From Raillietiella orientalis (lineage: Eukaryota): 64,000 nucleotides of DNA. Positions 25,440 through 38,950 of the stretch are shown here, piece by piece. Each line of letters opens with the position of its first letter. Within the stretch, counting starts at the first letter, position 1. Below the pieces are notes generated by a model, which was not told where the DNA came from, searched no databases, and was given only the letters and a program-made list of their open reading frames with translations. The position numbers were made by a program, and so were the translations under genes. The stretch lies in the NCBI GenBank assembly GCA_036172245.1, contig JAYWIR010000001.1, forward strand, positions 11,160,001 to 11,224,000, written 5' to 3'.

Positions 25440-26130
25440 GATTGGAAGCTGACCCTCCGGAGTCCTTCCAGGTACTAAAGATTTTTCAGGATCCTCCTCC
25501 GGTTGTAAAAACGGAGCCGTTCCCTTTCCCCTCGGGGAGTGACCATCCTTCGCGCAGCATGGGGCTGATCGATACTCCCCTCTGGAGTCGTCTCTCCAGG
25601 CTGCAAGAAGCGCTCCGCTCCCTTCAGAGACAACGAGAGCGAGGGTCTCTATCGAGGTGTTCCCTTTGGGAATATCTTAGATCGGAAGAGGACCGGGCGA
25701 GAGAATTCCCGGAGGACATCAACATTCACGATGTCACCTGGACAATGGACGCGTTCACACTGCGAAAGGAGTCCGCAAGCAGAGGGCCGTGGAATGCGGC
25801 GAGTCGTCTCCCAACAGAACAGCCGTTCCTTCTTTCTTTCCTCCCTCCCCCCCTACCCCCTTCCTGCTTAGCTGTTACCGGATCTTTGCACGATCCCGCC
25901 CTTTTTTTGATATGCTCAGGGTTCTGAGGATGTGGACGAATCCGGTCGACAAGGCCGGTAGGAATTTCTGGACCGCAGAGCGGCGCACGCGGCTGCTCTG
26001 CTGCGGCGCACCAAGACGAATGCGGTCCCCACAAATAGGCGCCCCCCACAACTGCTGGGGCAAGGAGACGACTCCCGTGACCTGTGATCGTCGTTCTGCA
26101 CTCTCGGTGCACGCGTACACTGAATCTCGT
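25440..26130 (+). mobile_element. decayed LINE ORF1 (gag-like, zinc-knuckle) remnant
   Basis: Frameshifted remnants SEEDRAREF, LPTEQPFLLSF, RPFFDMLR, CCGAP and HNCWG..CDRR lie in the order expected for an I/Jockey-group ORF1. Confidence 0.35.
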
Positions 26131-26699
26131 TTACCCGTGACCTCCAATACTCATTACGTATCGCTGTCTGCCTCTGCGGTTGACGCACCTCCTTCCCCCA
26201 TGGGTGGACAAAATTGCCGACCACGAGACACATATCTGCCTCTCCCACGGATGGACAAACTTGACCACAATGGGGAACACCTCCTTCCCCGATGAACAAA
26301 GGCAAATGAACAATGGTATTGCAGTGATGGAACGTCGGCGAGTTTTCCTTCGAAGTTGCCGCCTTCACCTCCGCTCCCGACCTCAGTTTTAGTCGATGGA
26401 CTTTGCTACCCTCAGTTTTCTCTCCAGAGTATCTCTGGAAACTGCGGACCCTTCCTTTGAAGATTCTTTCTAGAGAAGCGCATCCTGTCGATCGTCCCAG
26501 ACTTCCCTGAGTAACGGTGACCGACTTTCCCTTTCGGAAAGGAGAAACGCCAAAGCCTTCCCCCCACCCTCGAAAGACTTGCTGCAAGGCGGCATGTCAA
26601 AACCGACGAGGAAGGCCTTCGTTTCCGAGGCCGTTCCCCCTTTGCGGATATATGGGGAAAGATTGCGCCATGTCCGCGCGCGTGACGCTTCATCTACCG

Positions 26700-29600
26700 A
26701 GAGACGGAGGTCGGGCCGTGGTTCCAGAATTCCTTCGCAGCGGTGGATCTTCCAAATTCTACTCTTCGTCTTCTCGCATCACCCTGGCGATGCCGAGTCG
26801 AACTGGGGTCGCTTGGAGCCTCCGGTTCGAGTGGGTACTCTCCGTGGCGCGAGGTCAAACGATGAGGTTTTGGTTCCCGGTTAGCCTGACGGAACCTGAA
26901 CAAGCTCTCAGGCAGCTGGGTCGCAAAGATCTCCAGGGGCCACTCTCGCGACGGCCTGCGTGCTTTCCCCCGCTGCTCCCGCATCGCGCATCCGGGGTCT
27001 CAGGACATTTTCCAGTCTGGTGGCGCAGGAGCAGTCCGCTCGTCGATCCGTCCTGGTCTTCCCGCACCACCTCGGTGCTTCCCGGAGCGCAAGACCGCCG
27101 CCGCAGGTGCGCATCCGGGTGTTTCGCGATGGAATCGGGAAGCAGCAGACTACCAGAAGTACGACTCGAGGGACCGGAAGTGGATCGCCACAGGAGGACG
27201 CGAACCATGGCGTCCGTCCCTCTCCGCCGGAAAAAGGTGGGAAAAGGGAACCCCCTCGCGTCTGCCCTCGGCGGTCGCAGCGCTCTTCGAGGGAGCGGTT
27301 CCTTGGAAACTGTTGCCCTTGTCCCTCCAGCCTCGCGCCTCCGCGCACCCCCCGCTCCTGCAGGAGCGAGTGGAGAGAGCTCATCCCGAGCGTGGTGTGT
27401 CCGCACTCACCTGCAGGCGGCGATGAGGGAGGGATGCACCAGGTGAGCGAATGCCCTCAGGTCGTGCCACGTGCTGCTCGTCCGCGCCGCTCGTCGCATC
27501 ATCTCGGGATCCGCATTCGTGCAGGACTGCCACCTGGTGGGGGGGGGAAGGGGGGAGGCAGGGAACGAACGGGACAAACAGCCCGCGCCTCGGGAGTGGC
27601 AAGAGCGAAGAGGGGAGACAGGCGACTGCGGCCAGGGAGAGGAGGGACGCCTCGCGCGCGCGCGGCGAGGCGGTCGGCTTGAGGCAGGAAACCCGTGGAA
27701 CGTTCAGGAAGCCTCCGGCGACTGCGGAGCATTGGCTCCCTGGAGGATCTGGATCCGCGCACCATTGATCGCGGGAAGCTCCCCCTCTTCGCCTGTCCCA
27801 GGAGGCCCGTGCAGGACTCTTTTTGCCGAGCAAAACTCGGGCGGGTCTCCCCGCCCAGGTTCACACTTCGACTCGGCAGCGCTCCAGAGGCTGCTGGGTC
27901 GGCCTTCCTCCGTCCCATCCCACTCGCTCTCTTCGTTGCCTAGGCGGCGACTGGCGGGTCACAGGCGCGCGTTGCCCGGTGACGGGCGGGGGAGCAGGCA
28001 TCGGAACGCGGTTCGTCTCCTGAGGTGTGTCAGTGACCGCACCTTCTCAGTACCGGGCGGAGTAGAAGAGGCGAGCAGCCTGATCCGAGTTCCGAGGGGC
28101 AAACAACACACCTGGTCGCCTCGACGGGTTCAGGGACACTCATTTTTCGATCGCCGTTGTAGTGGGTGACGACGGGAGGTAAGCCGCTTCGGAGAGAGTC
28201 GAAGGACCCTGCAGTATCTGAGCCATCCGCGTCGATCGCGGTGACCTCTCTATCTTCGGCAGCTGCTCTCGTCGACTTCCTGGAGAGACGCATGTTCGGG
28301 GAGAGAGGTCCAGTGGGTTTCGACCCAGACTGGCACCCCTGCCTCTTTCCGGTGGCACCAGACACGGATGGGGGGACTAGGGAGTCCTGCGCAACTGGTC
28401 GAGATCCGTCGCACGCGGGAAAGGCGAGAAAGGTGCGAGGTCGCGACCCGTTCTCTGACGCTGTGCAACGGGCGTTTCCCTTGGCGGCAGGGCCACCGTC
28501 ACCGCCGCCGCCTCGCGGGCCGTGGAGTCCTCGTTGCGGTCGGCCTGCTCCTGGGTGATGCTGCCTCCGGCGACCTCTCCCCTCTCCCCACGCGCGCGGG
28601 AAACACTAGCGGTCGGTCGCCGATCGCTCCCCCCCCCAGCGAGATCGAAAGATGACCCGCGAGGTGGACGTCGTAGTCACCTGGCGAGAAGGTCGCATCG
28701 AGGAAGGACGATATCCGACCGCTCCGTGGTTGCCTTCACCGCCTGCGGGCAGAGGATCTTCCACCGAGCGCGAAGCTGCTCGAGGATGGGCCCCTTCGAT
28801 CGCCTCCCGGCCGTCCTGGAGACCTGGACGGTTCGCCCAGCGATATGAGCGACCGGAAGCGCGCGGACAGCGTGCGGCCAAGCCTGGAGGTCGCCGGAGG
28901 CGTCGGCCTTCGCGGGACGACTTGGAGGGCGTCGGCAGTCAGCAAGAAGCAGCTCCTCCCCTGGAACGACGGGAGCGTGCACTGGCCTCGAGGATTCCTC
29001 CTCGAGGAAGCCCCGGGAAGGTCGAGCGAGACCCCTGGTGACGAGCACGACGTGGGAGGGCGCTTCCGACTTCTGCAGCCGGGACTTCCCGGAAGCACGC
29101 GGGGCGATTTCTTCTCCGGCGTCCGCCAAGGCCTTGGCGGAGTCCCCCGGGAAAGCTCCAGGAATTCTCGCAGGAGTTCCCTCGCAGATCTCGGAGGAGC
29201 GGAAGGGCAGCCGGAAGCAGGAAAGAAAACCCGAGACGCCGCCTGGGGCGCACGTCTTTCCTGCCGGGGACCTCGACAATGTATCAGGAGCAGCGACGGG
29301 AAACCGACGACGATTCCGGCTCCAGAGTTCCTACACACACACGTGCCCGCACGCCCCGACGCACTTCGGCAAAGCCGCGTGCGGACTCGTCATCTTCGTC
29401 GGCCATCTTGACTACAAGAGGAGCGCCACGCCTCCCGGGGGCGGGAGGAGGGCTTCGGTCGTCCTGCCTACCTTCTATGTCACCACTAGGCCGTTCCTGA
29501 TCTGGACCTCGGTTCGAGACTTGCCTCCCGGAGCATCCGACTCTGGAAGGGGTGCCACGCGGCCTGCTGCCTTCCACGCGGCGAGCAGACCTGGGCCTGG

Positions 29601-30500
29601 CCCGATCGCCACAGGAGCATCCCGAAACGCCATGGGTGCAACCCGCAGAGGGAGAGGAGTAACAGGCGGAATAGTTACCCCTTTTTCCTCCCTTCCTTCC
29701 TCTGGGGTTCCCATAGTTGACCGCCGTCCATTTTTGGAACCCGCTCGGGAACAGCTACCATCACCCGGGCAAGCAGGGCGGGAGGGCGACCACACGAGTG
29801 AACTCCACCATCGTCACCTGAGCAGAGGGAGCGCAGCGTCCTCCCTCGAGGGCTTTTGACGACGACCTGCCGACCCAGAGGTCGCCGCTCGCGAAGCCCC
29901 CTTGGGCGAGCTTTTTTCTTGTGAGCAAGAAACCTTAGGACTGCGTCCACCCCGGAGGGGAGCGCTGCGCTAGGAGAAGGAGAAAGGAGGGGAAGGGGGG
30001 GAGGGATTGCGAGCTGGGCGGTTCCGTGGCTGGGTGTCCCCAGGCAACGGTGTGGTTGAAAAACGTGTCCCGTGCCTTCTAGAAGGTAGCGCGCGACCAA
30101 AGCGGAAGTTCCCTCCTCGGATGCTCGCCCAGAACCTCGAGAATTCGTCGAGAACGATGACGGGCTCCGGGAAGGAGTCGCGCCCTCCGAGATCAGCGGC
30201 CAGTCATGGCAAAGGGTTGCCATTGCTCGCGCAGAGAGTGCCCAAGTCGGAAAGTTCGACACCTCCGGCAGGTCAAACGTCCGAAGCATTCGTCGGGGGA
30301 CTGCCAGTTCCCGGGTTGCTCCACCGGGAACCGCAGCGCGAAGAGGAGGGAGGCTGCCACCGTCGGTAGGGAGGGGCCATCCCGGGGGGCTCACCGACCT
30401 ATCGGACGCGAAGCTGATGGGGTCTTCGTGGCGCCTTCCGCTGCCCCCGGCGCGAGTCTGCGGTACGGGAGGCGCCGAGCACCTGACCAGGTCTTTTGTT
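26700..30500 (+). mobile_element. decayed non-LTR retrotransposon RT/RLE-type remnant(s)
   Basis: Ordered motif ghosts across frames: FWFPVSL (cf. WRPISL) ~26865, SAFVQD (cf. AFADD) ~27510, GGVGL (cf. GGLG) ~28895, AQVGKF and VGREG (cf. K..KY, VG.RG) ~30240-30375. Confidence 0.4.
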
Positions 30501-31479
30501 AAGAGTCCTTTCTAGAACCAACTGCTGGCTCCATTCAGGATTGGAAAGGAGAAGGGAGAGGAGGGCATGAAAGCGAGGTTACGAAGAGGAGGGTTTTGGA
30601 GGGTGGGTATGGGAAGGAGGGTATAGAAGAGATGGTATGAAAAGGAGTACATGAGAGGGATGGTATGAAAGTAGGGAAAATAAGCATTCTTCTTGTCCCT
30701 TGATCACCTGGCATCACCTTCAGTGCCCTAATAGGGTCCTGGGCTGAGATCGAAGCGCTCAGCAGCCGCAGACGGAGAGGGGAGGAGGCGTCCCTTTTGG
30801 GAGGGAAGCGGCGACATCTCAGGAGCCGCTGGGAAGGTGGGTGGGCCGCCGACCGTTGAGTCTGACTTCCGTCGGAGCGTCCGCTGCCTGTCCGCATTCC
30901 GCGGGAACCATGAGGCTACCGCACCCTCTTCAGGGGCCGCCGAAACGTGCGCCGCGTCGCAGGCATGCGTTTCTCGCAGCCGTCCCATCCCTTCCACTTT
31001 CCCGAGATCCGACCTCCCCCCCTCCCTTGCCCATCCACCGTGGCTTCCCCACCACCACAGCAGCGACTACCCCAGCATCTCACGTGGTCTTCAGGGGAGC
31101 CTCCCTTTCCGCGTTTCCGGGTGGAGACTCCACTACCACCGTCGAAAAAGTCCTTCTGATCAACTCTTTTCTCACCCTCAACCCCTACCCTTCCGAGAAC
31201 CCCTTCCACGAACTACACTCCCAACGCCTATTGGACAAACCACGTCCTTCCTCCACTTTCTTTACCCCGACCCCATTCCCCCAATCTTCAGAGTTTTCAG
31301 ACCGCAACTTGCAAACAGAATATAAACAAAGGCATACCCTCCCCTTTCATACCATCCCTGTCACACGCCCCTCCCATACCACCCCCCTCCCTTTATATCC
31401 TTTATGTAGGATGTCCTTCCTTCCTTCCTGCACTCTTTACACTCCACCGACAGGATCTACTTTTCGGGAGCACTGAGAG

Positions 31480-32330
31480 AGAGCGGAGGTGGCACCTGCC
31501 CTGCGGTCGGTCGCGACCTGCACCGTCTCGTCTGCTGCCCGCCGCGCCTCCTGGATCTGCCGTCGTCTTCTGCTTTGGTTCGCCCGAGGGATCCTCTCGT
31601 TCTGGCTCCTCCCGGAAGGGCGGGGAAGCGTCGCTGCAGGCGTTCTCGCGGGGTCTCCATGGCTGCCGCGCGGCGCCGATGGGGAGAGATAGTCCCGCCG
31701 CCGCATTCCTGCGCTGCCCCGCAGCCCGCGTAACTGCGGTAGCGCCCGCGTCTCCCCGCTCCCAGCATCCGCGCGCGTCGCCGGCAGGTCTCCCGCAGCG
31801 ATCCCCGGCATCCTCCGCCGTCCACCACGCGAGGAAGTGGAGCTGCGTGACCGCAGTCCGTCTCCCGCCCGCCGGGATGCTCCGGCAACCGCGGGCGACG
31901 GCACGTGCGCGCGTGCGGGATGCTCGACTGGCGTGAGGGCAGCGGGCCCGCGGCCCATTGGGCGCGTGCCTCGACCTGGTGGTCCCTCAAGAGCAGGCGC
32001 ACCCGCTGCTCCACTCAGCAGCTGCGCACCTTCCGAGCTGCCCGTACTCGTGACCGCGTGCAATTTTTCGACGCCAACACAAGCACGGTCCTCTTCCAGC
32101 GACGGGAACGATAGCCCCAAGGGAAGAAGCGTCTGCTTCACGGAGCAACCACCTCTCCCCTTCCCCTCCTCTGACTCCATCCAGAAAATTCTCGTGGAGG
32201 GAAGAGGAAAGATCAAACCCTCCGCTGTGAAGCCATCGCGGAGAGAGGAGTTTGGTAACGAAGGTCCGTCCTCCTCTTCCACACCTCCAGGACTTTCGCG
32301 GCGGCATCCTCTGTGCAGCTGCCTTCGCGG
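31480..32330 (-). mobile_element. decayed LINE ORF1-like remnant
   Basis: Weak resemblance only (EGAQLL, LRDHQVEARAQW, GCGAAQEC). Confidence 0.22.
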
Positions 32331-33082
32331 CGAAGGCATCTTCCTGTCACCGTCCTGAACACCATCCGCGACCGCATTTTCTGAACTTCTCGTCCTCCAT
32401 CTTTTCCTTCGTTCTGTTTTGCAGTTCGCTTCGTTTCTCGCCTTTCTCTAACGAAAAGCTCAAACAGCACGGTGAGTCCCTTCCGAAAAGGCTCTCGAGT
32501 TCTTGCAGGAATGTTCCCCCTTCCTAGTGTGGAGTGGCATCCAGAACAGCGGATTCGCCGTTATTGTGAAGAGAAAGGGAGAGAGAGAAATGCACATGCG
32601 CCGTCGCAAGTGTACGCTTTCAAGCCATCTCTTGATCAAAGGGCAAACACAAATGCAAAAAAAAAGAAAAAGCGGAATATTTTGTTTGGGGGGAAGAGAA
32701 GGGAAACAACAGGAATGTATCATGGCTACCCTGAGTTCGAACAAAAAGATGGCTTTCGTCCAAACCACGTGTTCGCCCCGCTAAAAATAAACGATCTCAA
32801 CAATGGCTTCTTTTTTTTTTCCTCTAACGGGATGACGCTCGTAGCGCGCGTCGTTGGAAACGGCGGTACTTGCAGTTTTTCGTTTCCAAGTCGCCATTTG
32901 CAAAATTTCTCTTCCCCCCGGGCATTCCACTCCTGCTATCCGGTTTTTGTATGGGTTTGCCTTTTTCACGAAATTTCCGTGTGGAATCCCGAAACTCTCA
33001 GAAGCGAAACTCACTGGAGCACGTCCTTGCCCCAAATCACCCACACATCCGGCTAAGCAGTAAAAATTTTCTGATTTTTTTT

Positions 33083-33130
33083 TGTTGCTGTTGCTGCTGT
33101 TGTTGTTGTTGTGTGTGTGTTTGTGTGTGT
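33083..33130 (+). repeat. compound (TTG/CTG)n(TG)n microsatellite
   Basis: Directly visible in the sequence. Confidence 0.85.
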
Positions 33131-34639
33131 TTTGTTTTGGGCTTGAGTTTTTTTCTCCCCCTTTTTACTGAGGAGAGGGGGGAAAAAAAGAAAGAAAAAA
33201 GAAAAAGGCAGTGGGCAGGTCGTTGAGGAGGGCGAGTAAAAAAAAAAAAAAAAAAAAGTGAAAAATCACGAATGCACCTGTAATGGCTCGCTTATGCGCC
33301 TTGTTTTCTTTTCCGTATTCCCAGCCCAGTCGCTTTTCGTTCCAAAAACACCTCGAAGAAAAATTACAAGCTCGACGTATAGCAGATTTCACATTTCCAA
33401 GAAACTAATTTCCATTATCTTTGGGCTGATTTACGATACGAAGAGCAGCAGCAGTGATTTCAATCAGCGGAGGGTGAGAAAAATGAACAGAGGAACCGCG
33501 TCGAGGAAATGAGCTCGGAACGCATAAGACCGAAGATGCGTTTGGATTCCGCGAGTGACCGGGGGGCTGCGAGAGCCGGATCAGCCTCCGCAGTCGGCGA
33601 AGGGACCTCAGCAGCAGCACCAGCAGCTGGGAAATTCTTTCAGGAGGTGTCATGGAAACCGAAAGTTTCGGTTCAGAGAGGCCGCAGCACCACCAACGGC
33701 TGCGTCCATTTCGATCCGATGAAAATTTGCTTGCTCTTGCGCACTCTCCTTCCCTCTCTTTTCTCTCTCTCTCCTTTTTTTTTTCTTTCTCCTTCTTCCT
33801 CGAGTGATCGCTTTGCTGAAGCCAGCGTGCATGTAGGGTAAGCCTTTTGCTCTCGATTTCTTGACGCGAGACAGATGTGAATACGAAACAGATGCTTGCC
33901 GTCTGGTTGATGTGCAATAAAAACCCAAGATCTTGATTGCTTCGATGGAGTGCCGCGGAAGACACGGCGGATTCGGAATCTCCTTGAAGAATTTCATCTA
34001 TTCGAGAAAAAGAGGTTTTGCTGCATCTTTAGCGCTCCTCTTTCATTTTTTTTTTTTTTTTTCTGTTTCTTCTTCTTTTTGCTATTTTAGCGGCATTCCT
34101 GTTTTGGGGGAGACGGGCGGAGAGAATATCTGGACCGGAAGGGGAACGCAAGGAGGAACGCCTGCCTTTCCCCGGGTGTCGGGGGAGGAAACCCGGAGGC
34201 CGACTCTTCTGACGCTCGGAAAGATTCGAAGGGAATCCCGTTCGGAGCGGTGGCCCTGCTTCTCGCGTGGGCAGAACCTGCCGTCGGTGTTTCCGTCAGT
34301 CAGTTTCCTGCCCGCCTTCGAGCGCGCGCGAAGGAAATTTGTCGTTCCCGGTCGCGCCTCGCGCCTGACGGCAGCGAAGGACAAGGAAGTAGGGAGGAAG
34401 AGGGAGAGGAGGATGGTGCGGACCGGTGTTCCCGCTTCTGACGCGCGTTTCCCGGTCAACCGATCCTCCCCGGGAGTGCGCGGGCTCAGCCGCCGCGCTC
34501 TCTTAGGAGGTCACCGAAGAGGGGACCTCCCCTTTCTTCTCTGGAAGTGCTTCCTCCTCCCGGAGGGACGGGATGACCTGGACGTGGTCTCCCCTCGTTT
34601 CGGAAACGCGCCGCACATTGCCTGGAAACAAAGGGCGCG

Positions 34640-35100
34640 CGCGTGATCCAAAAGGAGCGTTTAGACGGGAAGGAGTCCCTGATTCCTCTTCCGGAGAGAT
34701 GGAAGAGGAAGGAATCCCCGCTTCCAGTCGGATCCAGTCCCGTCCTTTGTTTTCCTCGCCTCCCGAAGGCAGTCCGAGGCGATTCCCGCGCGGCAGGCCC
34801 CTGGATGGCCGCAGGAATCCACGGGCCGGCGCCGGCGATGCATTCCGAACCAATTGGCTACCCTCCCTCTTCACCCCCACTTCTACCCCCTCCACGTGAA
34901 AACGGTGAATCCGGGAGGAATGAACCTCCTGGCGCACAGGATGGTCGATCTCCCGACAGCCCTCGGGGGCCGAGCCCGTGGAGGCAAATCGAGTGCAGTG
35001 CGTAGCAGCAGCCTCTAACGGGAGGACGCCCCAGGTTGCCCTTCCTCCTGCTCCCCTTGCCACAGCGAGGCGGCCGGCGCGTCATCAGGCTCGCCGGGAA
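34640..35100 (+). mobile_element. decayed LINE ORF1-like remnant
   Basis: REGVPDSSSGEMEEE resembles the IRGVP..SEEEI.EE motif of ORF1. Confidence 0.22.
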
Positions 35101-37639
35101 CTGCTAACCGCCTCCAGACTGAAACGACTGGGGAAGAAGGGAGGGGAGGAGGGGAGGCTCACATCTCCCTCCTCCCTTCATTTCTTCCTTCCTCGCTCTC
35201 CTCGCGTCCTGGGGGAAGGGAGGTGGGAAAGAATGGCTGCGCGGGCGTTCGGCACCACCGCGAGCTGGAGAGTCGCCCCGCGCCGCGAAAGCTCTGCAAG
35301 CGCACTCTCTGGTCAAGTTGTGCTGCCTCCTAGCGGACGAGGCCGATATCCGCCCTTTTGTTTGCTCTCCGAGAGGCAGGTCGGAAATTTTTATGACGGA
35401 GATTCCTCAGGCCGGCGGCCACGAGAAGCTTCCGATGGTCGCCGCTCCACGAATGCGAGCGCAAAGGGCACGCGGAACGTCCTCCGTCTCTCCCGAATCT
35501 CCCCTGACTGCCTTCTTTCCCCGGGCCGCACCTCGATCGGATTGGCGAGGATCGTCCTGCCAACCATCGTCCTGCATCCGTCTTTCGGTTTGTCTGCTCG
35601 GTCTCTCTTCCTTACGCTGAGCCGCGAACCCCTTCAGGTTCCTCCCTTCCTCCGCTCCGTCTCCTCCTGTCCTCCTTCCGAACCTCCAGAACAGAGCGCA
35701 ATGGTTCCTGCTCGCCGGCGGGATTTTCCGCTCATCCTTTTTGTCCACCCCTTATCCGTTCCTATACTCCTCTTTATCGTTCGTCAACCACTCACCATCG
35801 TCATGCAGTCCTGCACTCCTCCTTTTCGTCCACTTCATCTACTCGTCCGTTGCTGCTGCCACTTTTGCAGGACGCCCCTATGCTGCTGCCAGGTGAGGCG
35901 GAGATCTCTCGGACGGACCACTCGGCGTCGGGGATTTCTCCTCGCCCTTTTGTGGCAGTCCGGGTGCACCACGACCCGCCTCCGCGGGGAGGCGATCACT
36001 TGCAGCTCCTTCGCCGACGACAGGGGGGTTACCAGGGGACATCGCTATTCCCTTGGCTAACCGAAGAGGATCTCCCCCTCGTCCTGGGTGCCGAATCAGC
36101 GGGCAGACCGCCCCGGTCCGTCTCGTGTTCCAGGCCCCAGAGGCGGGCCAGAGCGACTTCGTGCTGCCTCCTGGCTCTCACGGAGCAGGCGTCTTGGCCT
36201 CCATTCACGGGTCTTCCGCTGCGGCGCCGGCGTGGGGGGGGGAGGGGCTAAAGGGTTTCAGGTCCGAGCTGCGGACCTGCCCCGGTGCTCTTCGCGCACC
36301 TCGTCGAGATGGTCGGCAGGGCGACTCCCTCCGCCCCTCGCGCTTCCGTGCTGTGCCCGGAGGTCGGAATTGCCAGGGGGCCGATGCGACCTCCAGCAGG
36401 CGATGCCTGTGCGCTGCCGGGCGATCGCCTGAGGCGATGCGCGCGCGCAACACAGCAGCAGCGCCTCAGCGCGGCGGCAGCCTCCCTCCCGCAGCTCGTG
36501 AGCTCCGGACACTGCCCGCAGCGGTCCTCGCAGCCTCGCAAGAATGAAATTGAGAAACACTCTGAGCTCAGCTTCGGTTTCCAAGAGGCGGCCGAAGCGG
36601 CGTGCGTCTCCGGGCAACAGATATGCATGCGCGCTCCTTGTTTTCGTTCCCTCCTAACTCAGGCCTCCTGCTGACTCGCTCGTCCGCCCGCCCGCTCGCT
36701 GCACACTTTGCGACGGTCGCGCGGCCGGGGTGCGGGAGAAAGACAGGGCCCGAAGTGTGTCGGGCGAGTGGTCAGGAAGACGACGACGCTCCTTCGCGAC
36801 CCCGCCTTCTCAGTGCCCTCCTGAGGCCTGAAAACGCGGAAAACGTCGCTCTGCTCCCGCACGTCCACCCTCCCCAGCATCCAGGGAGTCCGACGTCCTA
36901 GAAGGGAAATCCCCCCAGGACGCTCCCTGATCCCGGAGAGGCTGCAGGACCCCTGGGGAAGGGTACGCCTGCGATCCCCTCGGTGGATCGCCCCGCTCTG
37001 CCAGACGCGGACTGCGTGGTGCGGCCATTTTCTCCCTCGCTCCGGAGAGGAAAGAGGGAAAGAGGAAAGGATTTCTTTGGCTACTGCTGCTGGAGATTAT
37101 GGTGGATCGAGCAGCAGAAACGAGGACCGCGCGCCTCTGATGGCGCCGCCGGCGGGAGCCGCCGCTCTGCGAAGTCTCCGGAGGTCGGGAGACGTCCCGT
37201 TCGAGAGCCGACGGGCGGCCTTCAAAAGTGCCCGCGGGTTGATTGGATGCGGAGGTCGAGGTCTTCCGGTCCCCCGGCTCGCGACCGGCCTCCGCCCATT
37301 GTTGGAAGCAGGAGCGGAGTTGGTGTGGGCACCGACCAGGGGCACACCCTTGGAACGCCCCTTGCACCACCACTGCGTTCGCGCGCCTCCCCGCGGTTGC
37401 GGGATGGTCGCGCCGGACGCGCGCGCCCTCCTCGGCTGACCTTCGCGCTGACCTTGTTCCGTCAACTTCCCGGGAGGGGCCGTTGCTCTTTCTCCTCGGA
37501 GATGCGGGTGCCCGGGTGACAGCACTGGCCTCGGTCCCCGAGGCGGGTGCAGCCGCGGACTGTCTGAAGCCCGAAGCTCGAAGAGTGGGGGAGGGGAGGG
37601 GGAGGAAAGCGCCCGCTCCCCTGCCCTCCCTCCGAGATC

Positions 37640-38950
37640 GGAAAGGGCGCATTCAGGCGTTGATTGACGTGGGGGGAGGCAGCTGCTGGAGCATGAAGGA
37701 CCCCGCGTCGTCCCGTCTTTGTGCCTCGGGCGGGGCGCCGCCGACAGCCGTCAGCAGCCTTCGCGGGCGCGGCGGGCGGGCCGACAGAGAGGGAAGGGAA
37801 GGGAGGGCGTGCCCTCTTCCCGATCCGGACGCGAAGAGGAGGGCGTCCGCCCCTCCTTCCCTCTGGGAGCGCTTCCTGGAAAACCCCGCATGGCCTCAGC
37901 AACGACGTGCCCTCTCCCTCTAGTCTCCTCTCCCCCCCCCCCCCCCGCCCTCCTGCATCCTCGCTCACCATCGCACCAGCAGGAAGAGACTCGTCCGCGC
38001 ACTCATGGCGACGTCCGGGGATCCGCCGCATGATGGTAACCTTGGATGGCACCCTCAAGTGCCCCCGAGGGGTGCCTCCAAAGCTGCGGCGGCAGGAGCA
38101 TGTGATTCGGCTGTCCTCAGGGAGAGGTCCTCAGGAAGGGTCCACTCGGAGAGGCGTCCCGCCGGAAAAGACCGCAGCGCCTCTTCCGCCCGCATTCCCA
38201 GGTGCAGGCGGACCCGAGGACTCTTGAGAAGAGTCCCGCTTCCTCTTCCCTCGTGCGCTGGTCCTCCTCCGACTTTCATCTTCCCATACTTCTCTTCCTT
38301 TCTCCCGGGACGTGGGGCGCTGGTGTGGATTCCCGAAAAGTAGCCCTGGAGCATCGGTCCGTGGGTGCGAGGAGCCGGCCTGTCTTGGCGCGACGTTCCC
38401 TAGGATAGGTGGGGTGGATGCTTGCCCGAGTCCGGCCGCCTCCACCGCCGGGTGGCAGGCAGGGCGGCGTGGCAAGCGTGTGACGTAGCTGCTGACCGGA
38501 AACCGCCGCGTCCAGAGCGTCTCCTGAAGGTCGCCCCACTCTGCCAGACTCTACCGTGGACCTCCGTCTGCAGGGCTGAGACTCCCTGCGGCAGAAGGGG
38601 GCTCTCGTACGCTCCCTCCTAATACCAGGAGCCGCGCGGACTCGCTCGGCTCGGTCCGAGCGGCGGCCGGCGTACCGGCTCACTAGGTCTGCACGGCCAC
38701 GAGTCGGTGGTTTCAGCCCTGCTTCTCGCCGGCTCACCTTTCTTCCTCTCGGAGGGGGAGGTGGGACAAAGCCGTTCCTTTCGCTCTGGGACCTCCCGCA
38801 CTACCGGCGCCATCACGGCACCACCACGGGAGGTGGCAAACTGCAAGAGGGATCGCTCCAGGCGTGGGAAGAGCATTTCTTCTGCGACCTTCTGTTGGGC
38901 TTTCGCAAGCCGCAGAGGTCGCCACCCTCGTGCTGCAGCCGCCCGACCCG
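37640..38950 (-). mobile_element. decayed LINE ORF1-like remnant
   Basis: Weak remnants (LRVPSKVTIMRRIPGRRHEC) in the position of a decayed first zinc knuckle. Confidence 0.22.
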
